This document shows positions 9,001-18,369 of a stretch of 64,000 nt of DNA, piece by piece. Within the stretch, counting starts at the first letter, position 1. Every line of letters begins with the position of its first letter. Location of the stretch: the NCBI GenBank assembly GCA_019057795.1, contig JAHLWS010000067.1, positions 16,984 through 80,983 of the forward strand, read 5' to 3'. Below the pieces are notes generated by a model. That model had not been told where the DNA came from, searched no databases, and saw only the letters and a list, made by a program, of their open reading frames with translations. Position numbers and translations under genes: made by a program. The DNA is from Promethearchaeota archaeon (lineage in GTDB: Archaea; Asgardarchaeota; Lokiarchaeia; Sigyniarchaeales; SOKP01).

Positions 9001-10974
9001 ATTTTGGCGACTTTCGAAAAGATTATACCACTCATCTTCAGTTGGATTGAATTTTTTTTCGACTATATATACATTACTTTCAAATATTATTCTAATTATA
9101 AAAGGTTTCATCAATAATCTCTTTACAAGTTTATCCTTAACCTTTTCATAATTTATCCCATAATTTTCATTGATCTTTTTTAATCGTGCTAAATCTTTAA
9201 TATCTGAAAGAATATAACTTGTACCAGTAGGAATATCATTATCTTCAAAGTTATTGAATTTATCATTTTGAAAAATATACCGTTTATATTGTCTATAATT
9301 TCTGATTATTTCTTTAGTATTTATCCAATCTACTAATCTTGATGTTAATAATATAATTAGGTGCTCATAGTTCTTTTCTAAATCAATCAAATCACAGAGA
9401 TTATTTAGGAAATCTCCTCTCTCATCTTCAGTTAATTCCTCAAAACCGTCAAAGATTAGAAAGAGATCTCTTTTTTTTCTCTCATTAAATGCAAGTAATT
9501 TAGGTATTTTGCAAGAATCTTTATTAAATCCTCCTAATATATTTTCAAACCGATCTTCATATGAGCGAAGATGAAAATAAAAAGTTGGGATTTTCTTCTG
9601 CTTGATATATTCAAATGCGAGATATGATGCATTCCATGTTTTTCCCAATCCCATATGCCCTAATAATAAGAAAATTCTATTTTTTCCTTGGGGATTCTTA
9701 AGGGTTCTAAAAAAATTTTCAAAAATATTTTCAAGATCTGGGTCTTTTTCAAATAGATCTAGATTGAATCTAGTTTCGAACCTTGAAGCAAGATCTACTA
9801 ATTCTAACTGTTGTAAACAATAATTAAGTAAAACATCATCTTCAAATTCAATTATTTCATTATGATTTTTCGCTCTTAATCTCCATAAAGGTATCTTAAA
9901 ATTTTCAATAGTAAAATCAAGCTGACTCCTCCAATCTATGCTTTTTGTGTTTAAATTCCCTAATTTCGAAATCAGGCGTGAACTTATAACTTCAAAAAAT
10001 GAAGGATTTTTTTCATAATAGCCCTTAAGTAAACTTAATGTTTGAAATAATTTATCAAAAATTTTTTCTTTTTGAATAGTATTATCTTCATAAAAATTAA
10101 CTATCTCTGCTATAATTTGCGATACAATTTCTCTTAGTTCAGTAAGGCGGACTTTTTTAATTATTTCTTTTCTATTTGAGTCTTTTATCTTAATTTGAAG
10201 GAACTTGTCTAAATATTTATATAAGTTATTAATAAAAAGTATTTTATTATCTAAATTCAATGTGACTATGAAAATTATTGCCCATTCTACAGTATCTCGT
10301 AAATTTTTATCAAATTCTTCAAGAAATACTTGTTCTAAATTTATATTAAGAAAATCTTCTAATCCATTCTCAATTGTATTTGAATCCTTACAAAATAACT
10401 GATAATCATCTTCACCTATATTACTCTGTAATTTAATCTTTCTTATAGCACTTTTATATGCATTTTCAATTTTATTATTATTGCAAAAAACTTCATAAAA
10501 ACCTTCTGAAAATGTGATTGCGTGATTATCATAAATTTTCCGTTTGGTTCCCACCGAGCAAGGCAAAAATTCAGAGACTTTCTTGGCAATCTTTAAAGAT
10601 TCACAAGAATTAAAAATTACAATTTTAATATTATTTTTAAAATTTTTGAGGACATCAACAGTGTCTTCCAAAAGAAACTTAGAGTCATAAATTTCCTTAA
10701 AATGAACATCATCTTCAAAATAAAATCCACTGGATAATTCACCATGTCCAGCAAAATGGATCATTTGAGGTTGATATCGTGAGATATATTCAAAAAATTC
10801 ATTTCTTTCGGTGGCAAAAGCAGGTTCAAGATGAATAAATTCACGAAATGGTGACTTTTCTATTATTTTCTTAATTATCTTGAATTCTTTATCAATTCGA
10901 GTCTTAATCGTACTTTCTTTGAAATTTGCCGAAAGAAATAAAATGGTAAATTTCTTCTTTCTTAATGCCAACAT
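6094..10974 (-). CDS. NLR-like protein: CHAT (caspase-clan) protease - STAND/NACHT-like NTPase - leucine-rich repeats
   Basis: ILFLSAN...[10 protein letters not shown] (H77)...VIFNSCES (C124)...FSEGFY; Walker A [11 protein letters not shown] (G439, nt 9637-9660); Walker B [22 protein letters not shown] helical motif; LRRs from ~aa 795 ([38 protein letters not shown]) to the C-terminus. Confidence 0.9.
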   Translation of the reverse strand: [1626 protein letters not shown]

Positions 10975-11343
10975 TTTAATGATTTTTACATAAATAATTG
11001 AATGTAATCGACATTAATAAAATTCTAATAAATGTTTCTTATGTCTTTTGATTTTGAATTTCATTTATTAAAAATAATAATGACAATTTGCTTTATTATA
11101 TTAAATGATAATCTAACCTTATATATATTTAATTTTTAGAGGGAATTCATAGTTAATTTTTCTCTTTAATCGTTTTTAATAACGAACACATTATTCCTTT
11201 TTCAATTTTTCCTCAATAAATTTTAATCTAGGACAATGATGAACATCAGAAGCATAATCGCATTTTGGAAAAGAAATTTTTTCCGAGTCCTCAATTATTA
11301 TCATGGGATTAAAACAAATATATGTATGGATAGAAGTAGGTCT

Positions 11344-12672
11344 TTATACATCTAATTCTACTTTCTTTGAAAGGAATAACTCCCCAGTTCTTAATTTTAC
11401 AAATGCTTGTATTTTATATGGAGGTTTTACTTCTTCTGCATCTAAAAAATGAGTAAGTTGCATTTTATTAATCCTATGAAAAAATGATTTGGTGGGTTTT
11501 AAAAAATCATTTAGATTTTCATCAAGTTTAATATCAGAATTTATGTATATTCCAAATCTCCCCACTTCAAAAGGATAATTTCCAGTATTTTTAAATGCCA
11601 ATTCTAAAAAATCCAACAGTGATAAATGCATAGGTTCTAAAAAAGGAGAGGTTTTCAACATTTGTCTATATCCTTTTAGAGTTATCTCACAAAAAGGAAT
11701 CTCTCTTGGAATTTTTAGCTCATAACCATAAATAGAGAGGATATAATCTTTTAATTCCGTTAAAATTTCTACTATATGGCTGAAATTAGAATATAACAGT
11801 TTTTTACCTTCTTTTTGAATTTGGATTCTCGTACCTTCCATATATGAACTTGTCATGATAATATATTTTTCTCCAATGATGTCAATTTTATTAGAAAATC
11901 CTTTTCTTTTTTGAAAAATTTCTATACCAAAATAGATTTTCTCTTCAGAAAATCGCAAATCTTGTAATATTTGTTTTATCTCATCCACAGAGAGTCGATT
12001 TTTTGAAAGCTTGGATAAAAAGATTGCGAAACGATTGAAATAAGCTTGTAATTTAACATGTTGAGCTTCTGAAATAGAATCTCTAGGGTACGAAGAGCTT
12101 GTATCCTCTTTCCATTTGAGCTTGACTTGATTCAAGATTTCTTCGGCATAAGAGTAATTCTCAATCCATCGTATCTTTCTCTTGCCTTCTTTCTTAAGAT
12201 GTTGTAGTCGTTCTATGAACTCATATAGTCCCATTTGAGCTTTATATCCTAAATTAGAAAAATTTTCCTCTAAATAACCCTCATCATGTTTTCTGTGTTT
12301 ATGATACATTCCTGCTTGTGTAAAGGTATTCCGGTAAATGAATATCAAGATAGGTATATTTTCACGATGAGCTGTCATGAATTCTTCTTCGGTTATTGAA
12401 TATTTATAGGAACCATCAGGATATGTCTCGGAAGTATTATAAGGAATGCCATATCTCTCTTTCAAAACTAATATAAATCTATCGCATTTCTTTACATTTT
12501 CCAAGCATGTATCAAATGTATCCTCGTTTTCAACATCAAATCGTTTATGAAACCAAATAGGTTCATACTCTAATTCTGGTAATCGGCTTTCTAGGTGTTC
12601 TAATACATCCTTTACATCATCAGTACCTGCAAGAAAAACACATTCTTTTCTTTTTCTAGAATCATTCATCAT
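11344..12672 (-). CDS. DUF4062 (TIR/NDT-like) domain protein with an uncharacterised C-terminal region
   Basis: VFLAGT...YEPIWF...DTCLENVKKCDRFILVLKERYG...SITEEEFMTAHRENIPILIF is the DUF4062 signature, including the conserved Glu. Confidence 0.8.
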   Translation of the reverse strand: MMNDSRKRKECVFLAGTDDVKDVLEHLESRLPELEYEPIWFHKRFDVENEDTFDTCLENVKKCDRFILVLKERYGIPYNTSETYPDGSYKYSITEEEFMTAHRENIPILIFIYRNTFTQAGMYHKHRKHDEGYLEENFSNLGYKAQMGLYEFIERLQHLKKEGKRKIRWIENYSYAEEILNQVKLKWKEDTSSSYPRDSISEAQHVKLQAYFNRFAIFLSKLSKNRLSVDEIKQILQDLRFSEEKIYFGIEIFQKRKGFSNKIDIIGEKYIIMTSSYMEGTRIQIQKEGKKLLYSNFSHIVEILTELKDYILSIYGYELKIPREIPFCEITLKGYRQMLKTSPFLEPMHLSLLDFLELAFKNTGNYPFEVGRFGIYINSDIKLDENLNDFLKPTKSFFHRINKMQLTHFLDAEEVKPPYKIQAFVKLRTGELFLSKKVELDV

Positions 12673-12983
12673 TAGAACATAGAATTCTTGAATTTAACTT
12701 ATCTTTAAATTGCATATAAAATAAATTAGGAATATATAAACACTAATATATATCTATTGAAGTATTTTTTTTTTTAATCTTTATAAATTAGTAGGTATTT
12801 CAATGCTTCACACTACTATGAAGTTATATTTTTAATTATTTTTAAGGGTATTAATATTGGTTTCAACTTAATATTCTGGAAATGAAAATTAGTTTAATCA
12901 ACAATTCTCTCTAAAAATATCGATTATCCCATTTATATTCTTAGTTATTTCCCTGATATTTTTAGAAACTGCATAGATTAATG

Positions 12984-13787
12984 TTATTCCAGTGATGACC
13001 ATTCCAATTCCATATAAAAATTTTGAAGAATCGATTTGAGGTAATCGATTCCAAGTCGATTTTCAGGAAAACGAGGAATGATATCCTTTATATTATTAAA
13101 CAGATAAGAATATCTTGGTTGTTTTTGTGCTTTTCCTGCTTTTTCTCTTTGGTTTTTTTTATAAATAGTTAAATTTTCTTTAAATTTCTTCGCATGACCA
13201 TCTGTAGCAAGTACAATAATCCAGTTGTCTCCTTCTTTTTCTAAGATTTCGATGCCACTATTTTTTAAAGAATCCTCATTTACTTCAAATAGATCATTAC
13301 CTTTTAACTCTTGTTCAATAATATGATTCCTATCTCTAACGGTCAAACATAATTGACAAATTTCATGATCTTTATCCTCGGTACACTTATTAAAATCAAT
13401 TGTATAGAATTTGTCTATGGCAGGGAATTCTTCTAAGGAAATCTGTCCTTCAGGTTCGATATTCTCGTGAAATGCGTTGGTAGGGCAAACCACGACACAT
13501 AGCATGCAATAACAGCATTTATCGTGATCAATAAAGAGTTTAGGGTTAGAATCGTCTAAGATATTTTGGGCAATCTCCGGAATTGGTCCTAGCTCTATAG
13601 CATCAACGGGGCAGACGAGTTTACATAAACTACATCCAATACATTTTTTAATGTCATAAGTTAAAACTTTCTTAACATCCTTATATTTCCAATTTAGAAC
13701 TAATTGATCTATAGCAATATCTAAGGTTTTCTCGATTTCCTCTTCTTTATCCTCGTCTAGTTTTTCTTTTGCTGAAGATTCAGTAAT
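12984..13787 (-). pseudogene. Truncated 4Fe-4S polyferredoxin (FwdF-like) fused in frame to an unrelated S8-peptidase N-terminal-like fragment
   Basis: The frame extends upstream of the listed ATG (13505) to ATT at 13787 after GGGAG, and encodes CIGCSLCKLVCP and CCYCMLCVVVCP. A third motif (C...EICQLC) is left incomplete at ~13320, where the sequence switches to GIEILEKEGDNWIIVLATDGHAKKFKENL...LFNNIKDI...ENRLG. Confidence 0.65.
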
Positions 13788-13883
13788 TTTAATTCTCCCG
13801 AGAACTTTGTTAATATTATTCTAATTATCTTAAATCGTGTTAATTAATTAATTTTAGCTCTTAAAAAATTCAAAAAAAAGGAG

Positions 13884-14384
13884 TTATGAATAATAAGACT
13901 GGCTTTCTCTATCAAAACCATATACATATTCAATAGGCATGCCATCGGGTTGTTGTTCGGGTGGAACATACACAATTCTTAAATTAGGAATAAATGTGCC
14001 AATTCCATTTTTTGCGAGGATAATTACGGGATGGTCGGCTTCCCTAAAAATTTGTTCACTGATACTAAGAGTAATTGCTCTACATTGCCGCTCATCAATA
14101 ACTCCTAACGAATGAATGTATTCGTGAAGTAAGATGTGATAAGTGTATGCCCAGACGATTTCATAAGGTTGAGAATCCAAAATGATTTTTAAGGGAGATT
14201 TATTAATAACGATTTCCGTTCCAGGATGAAAATGCATCCCACCTATAAAACCTCCACGGATCATTCCCATTTCGACCAATCCTAAGCTTAATCCAGCTCG
14301 ATGTCGCCCTAATATTTTTCTTACGTCCTTCTTAACGCTCTCAAATATTTCGGGCATTTTTTTCTTTAATTCGCTTAGGTTCAA
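13884..14384 (-). CDS. Conserved archaeal HExxH zincin-like metalloprotein
   Basis: HILLHEYIHSLG motif; last gene of the heat-shock cluster. Confidence 0.75.
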   Translation of the reverse strand: MNLSELKKKMPEIFESVKKDVRKILGRHRAGLSLGLVEMGMIRGGFIGGMHFHPGTEIVINKSPLKIILDSQPYEIVWAYTYHILLHEYIHSLGVIDERQCRAITLSISEQIFREADHPVIILAKNGIGTFIPNLRIVYVPPEQQPDGMPIEYVYGFDRESQSYYS

Positions 14385-14452
14385 TATACCACCTTATTAA
14401 TTTCCTAATTTAAATTCTATGAATTGTAAAAAAAATCATAAAATGAATGATT

Positions 14453-15247
14453 TTAAAAGTCAAAAAACCAATCGTCGTCATCTTCCCATAGAAAATCCAT
14501 GAATGACGATAAGTCCCTTAATAGATTTGTTACGTCTAATTTATGTGTTGCGCGTTTGAAAGGGTCTAAGTCTGAAAAAAATAGATCTTTCATGAGGTTA
14601 TCAATATTAATCCTTTGACGGAATTGAGCAGGATTATAAAATAATGTATAAAAAATTTCTCTTTCTAAATTTTCTAATTCAGGTCGCTTTTTTAAAAAGT
14701 CCTTTTGATAAGTATCGTTAATAATATTTTTTAATTCCACAATATAACATTCTTTATTTTGCAGTAATTTCCTTCTTTCTACTTCGAATTCCCTAATTTT
14801 ATGTTCAATATCCTTGATCTGTTCGCCTAAAAATCTGATTTTTTTATTTGGAGATTTAATGTTCTCAAATTTAGTAGCACATCCGATATCTTTTAGGTTA
14901 ATAGATTTGGCATCTTCTTTAATCTCAGCCATACTATACTTGATATTGTAATAATCTGGAGAAATATTAATTCTGATTGAGAGATTGCTTTTTATTCGAT
15001 ATTTGCCACCGCGTTTTTCTTCACCGAACCTTTCAACTAGATTGTTAGTGCTTAAGAGATCTAACTGGCTATGTACTGCTTGCCTTGAGATACCTAAAAT
15101 TTTAGCTAATTCTGATGGGGAGTGGGGAACTTTTGCCAGTTTTGATAATATAATTCTTCTAGTGGGATTTCCTAGAATTACTAATAGGCTATCTAAACTA
15201 ATGAATTGTTTGGTCTGACTCTCTTTTTCCACTTCCATTTTTATCAT
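14453..15247 (-). CDS. ArsR-family wHTH heat-shock regulator (Phr/HSR1-like) with a coiled coil
   Basis: LGNPTRRIILSKL...PSELAKILGISRQAVHSQLDLL; co-located with hsp20 and cdc48. Confidence 0.8.
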   Translation of the reverse strand: MIKMEVEKESQTKQFISLDSLLVILGNPTRRIILSKLAKVPHSPSELAKILGISRQAVHSQLDLLSTNNLVERFGEEKRGGKYRIKSNLSIRINISPDYYNIKYSMAEIKEDAKSINLKDIGCATKFENIKSPNKKIRFLGEQIKDIEHKIREFEVERRKLLQNKECYIVELKNIINDTYQKDFLKKRPELENLEREIFYTLFYNPAQFRQRINIDNLMKDLFFSDLDPFKRATHKLDVTNLLRDLSSFMDFLWEDDDDWFFDF

Positions 15248-15272
15248 CTTTTTAATCTATTAATTTAAATTT

Positions 15273-17588
15273 TTATTTATACAGTTCTTCAGGTGCTTTT
15301 GAATATTGATCGTGAATTTTTTTGGCTCTATCTGCTCCTTTAAGGATTTTTTCAAGTGCCTCATCGAAATCTGCTTTTGATATTACTACTTCATTAACTA
15401 ATTGAGACCGAATGTGTTTAATTTTCTCTTCTAATTCTTTTATGTCTTTATTACTAGCTTTTTCTGATTGTAATTGTCCTAGTTGAATATTATAATCCTC
15501 TATTTCTTTCCTCTTTTCGTTAAAGGCTGGAATAGCTCTTCTGATTGTCAATAATGTCGCTTCTTCACAAAGGGCTTGGATATCTGCACCAGTATAGCAC
15601 TCAAAAGCTTCAACTAAGCTCTCAATATTAACATTGCTTGCCAGTGGTTTATTTTCAAGGTGAATTTTTAATATAGCTTTACGTGATTCTAAATCTGGCA
15701 TAGAAACCTCAATATGTCTTCCAAATCTTCCAGAACGCAATAATGCGGGATCAAGCATATCAGGTCGATTTGTCGCAGCGAGTAAAATAACATTTTTTAA
15801 ATCTTCTAAACCGTCCATTTCGGTTAATAGTTGGGAAAGGACTTGATCAGTCACTTCTGAACCTGCAGACCGCCCTCTCACCCCTGCAATTGCATCGATC
15901 TCGTCAAAAAATATAATGCACGGAGCTGCTGATCTCGCTTTTCTAAATGTTTCTCTTACTGCCTTTGAACTTTCACCAACCCATTTAGATAGAAATTCTG
16001 GACCTTTCACTGAGATAAAATTGATTTCGGTTTCATGAGCTAAAGCTCTTGCTAATAGAGTTTTTCCAGTACCGGGGGGTCCAAATAATAAAATTCCACT
16101 TGGCGGTTTTGAAGATAAATGTTTATATAATTCAGGATACTTCAATGGCCATTCAATAATTTCTCTTAATTGTAATTTGGCATCTTCTAGTCCTCCAACA
16201 TCTTCCCAAGTTTCTGTGGGTTGGGAAATAATTACTTCTCTTAAGGCCGAAGGTTCGATGTTATTTAACGCCAAAGTAAAATTTTCCATTTCTATTTTTA
16301 TTGAATTTAAAATTTCAAAAGGAATTGGCTTGTCTAAATCTATTTTTGGAAGGATTTCTCTAATAGATAGCATCGCCGCTTCTTTAGCTAATGCTTCAAT
16401 ATCTGCACCTACAAAACCATGAGTTTTTTCTGCAATAGTTCTAAGATCCACATCATCATCTAACGGCATACCACGCGTGTGAATTTGTAATATTTCATAT
16501 CGACCGTGCGTATCAGGTACGCCAATCTCAATTTCTTTGTCAAATCTACCAGGCCTTCTTAGTGCAATATCAATATCGTTTACTCGGTTTGTTGCTCCAA
16601 TGACGATAATTTCGCCTCTTCCTTCTAAACCATCGAGTAAAGAGAGTAACTGAGCAACTACCCTTCTTTCAACCTCTCCAGTGACTTCCCCTCTTTTTGG
16701 GGCTATCGAATCTAATTCATCGATAAATATTATTGAAGGAGCGTTATTCTTAGCGTCGTCAAAAATATTCCTAAGGTTTTGTTCACTTTGTCCATAAAAC
16801 TTACTCATAATTTCAGGACCGCTAATTGTAATAAAATGAGCGTCAGTCTCGAAAGCTACCGCCCTTGCTAATAAAGTTTTACCCGTTCCTGGAGGACCAT
16901 AAAGCAAGACTCCCTTAGGAGGATCTATTCCTATTCTTTTGAACAATTCAGGATGTCTCATTGGTAATTCGATCATTTCACGAATTCTCTGAATTTCATC
17001 TTCTAATCCACCAATATCCTCATAGCTTACTCTTGATTTTTCTCTTTCTACAAGTTCTTTATGTGTTTTTTCGCTTAATCTAATTTTTGTTCCAAGATGA
17101 ATTCTGACCGCAATAGCCTTTGGTTCAAAATCTACGATTATTAAGTCGTATTTTTTACGATAATTCCAAAAGCTTATAACATCATCTTTAGTTATTACTC
17201 TATTTTCTAGTAACCTATTTAGTTGTCTAGGGCTAATTATAACTGGCTCTGTTAAACTTGCGAATACTACTTTGTCAGCCAAAATCGCTTCAATTTTACG
17301 AATCTCTACGTAATCATCAATCGTTACTTGTATATTCCTTCTTAAAGAAGAATCGAGCCTTAAGACACCAGTCCCTTTGTCTTCGGGTTTACCGGGATAT
17401 AATAATGCGGCTGTCCTTGACTTAGTTAAGGGGGCATATATCTCAATCGCATCACCATTCTTTAAGTTTAACTTGCGGGTTATATCAGGGTCAATTCTTA
17501 CTCTACCTTTGCCAGAATCTTCTTTGAATGCGTCTTTTACTCTTAACCTATTTTCTTTTCCTTCATAACCACTTGAAATCCCACTCAT
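15273..17588 (-). CDS. cdc48: CDC48/VAT family AAA+ ATPase
   Basis: N-terminal double-psi barrel, two AAA modules (GPPGTGKT twice, DELD/DEID, ATNR), C-terminal LYK. Confidence 0.95.
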   Translation of the reverse strand: MSGISSGYEGKENRLRVKDAFKEDSGKGRVRIDPDITRKLNLKNGDAIEIYAPLTKSRTAALLYPGKPEDKGTGVLRLDSSLRRNIQVTIDDYVEIRKIEAILADKVVFASLTEPVIISPRQLNRLLENRVITKDDVISFWNYRKKYDLIIVDFEPKAIAVRIHLGTKIRLSEKTHKELVEREKSRVSYEDIGGLEDEIQRIREMIELPMRHPELFKRIGIDPPKGVLLYGPPGTGKTLLARAVAFETDAHFITISGPEIMSKFYGQSEQNLRNIFDDAKNNAPSIIFIDELDSIAPKRGEVTGEVERRVVAQLLSLLDGLEGRGEIIVIGATNRVNDIDIALRRPGRFDKEIEIGVPDTHGRYEILQIHTRGMPLDDDVDLRTIAEKTHGFVGADIEALAKEAAMLSIREILPKIDLDKPIPFEILNSIKIEMENFTLALNNIEPSALREVIISQPTETWEDVGGLEDAKLQLREIIEWPLKYPELYKHLSSKPPSGILLFGPPGTGKTLLARALAHETEINFISVKGPEFLSKWVGESSKAVRETFRKARSAAPCIIFFDEIDAIAGVRGRSAGSEVTDQVLSQLLTEMDGLEDLKNVILLAATNRPDMLDPALLRSGRFGRHIEVSMPDLESRKAILKIHLENKPLASNVNIESLVEAFECYTGADIQALCEEATLLTIRRAIPAFNEKRKEIEDYNIQLGQLQSEKASNKDIKELEEKIKHIRSQLVNEVVISKADFDEALEKILKGADRAKKIHDQYSKAPEELYK

Positions 17589-17592
17589 CTTT

Positions 17593-18231
17593 TTATACCT
17601 GTTTGTTTATTTTTCGCATAATAATAGATACAATTCCGTTGTTGATCTCTACAACATGGTCCTTCATAGTGGATTCAAACGGTAATTGTAGTTCCTTTTC
17701 AAAATTTTGGAAATTACTTTCAGTCATTATTTTCAGTTTTCTTCCATCCTCGCTTAAACTTAAAATAATATGGCCTTTTTCTATTCCTGGAAGTTCTATG
17801 ACAATTTCAGCGTAATCATCATACACATTTAATTCGTTATAAGGTTCTTTTTCCATGGAGTCTTCTCGCTCAAAATCCGGTTTTAAGGAAAGCGTACCTA
17901 CATCCATTACCTGTTTTTTTCCCGATTTTCTTAACATTTTAAATTGCGGGTATGATGAAAGGTTCAATTTCTTAAAATATTCTTGAAGTTTTTTCTCGTC
18001 AAAATCGCCTTCGATCTTTATCTCTGGTTTTTCCATTCCAGATTCAAAATGATATGTGACCTTAAATCCTTCTACTTTTTTATTTTGGAGATTTAAGTTT
18101 GGATCGAAATTTGATTCAGGCAAAAATAAAAAATCCACATTAAAAGTACCTTTATCTATTTTAAAGAATTCTTTAATCCGTTCTAAAAAATCATAATAAT
18201 CGTCATCAAACTCGTCTGACAAAAAGATCAC
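17593..18231 (-). CDS. hsp20: Small heat-shock protein (Hsp20/alpha-crystallin)
   Basis: EP...[10 protein letters not shown]...LQLP...NNGIVSI alpha-crystallin motifs. Confidence 0.85.
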   Translation of the reverse strand: MIFLSDEFDDDYYDFLERIKEFFKIDKGTFNVDFLFLPESNFDPNLNLQNKKVEGFKVTYHFESGMEKPEIKIEGDFDEKKLQEYFKKLNLSSYPQFKMLRKSGKKQVMDVGTLSLKPDFEREDSMEKEPYNELNVYDDYAEIVIELPGIEKGHIILSLSEDGRKLKIMTESNFQNFEKELQLPFESTMKDHVVEINNGIVSIIMRKINKQV

Positions 18232-18244
18232 CTTCTAGAAAATT

Positions 18245-18265
18245 ATGTCAACTTCTAATTGACAT
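18245..18265. promoter_or_regulatory. Palindromic operator ATGTCAA-N7-TTGACAT immediately upstream of the hsp20-cdc48 operon
   Basis: Perfect 7-bp inverted repeat 13 bp upstream of the hsp20 start. Confidence 0.6.
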
Positions 18266-18369
18266 TAGGTGCTTTACCTATTTTAATGTATCGATTTTTT
18301 AAAATAAGAGGTTAACACTTAAAAAAAAAAGATTTCTTACTTAAGCAATTTAAGAAAAAGAAGGAATAT

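Noticed and set aside
6308-10402. Short plus-strand ORFs inside the NLR gene, and similar short antisense ORFs throughout the window
   Set aside because: They overlap well-supported genes on the opposite strand or in another frame and show no motifs
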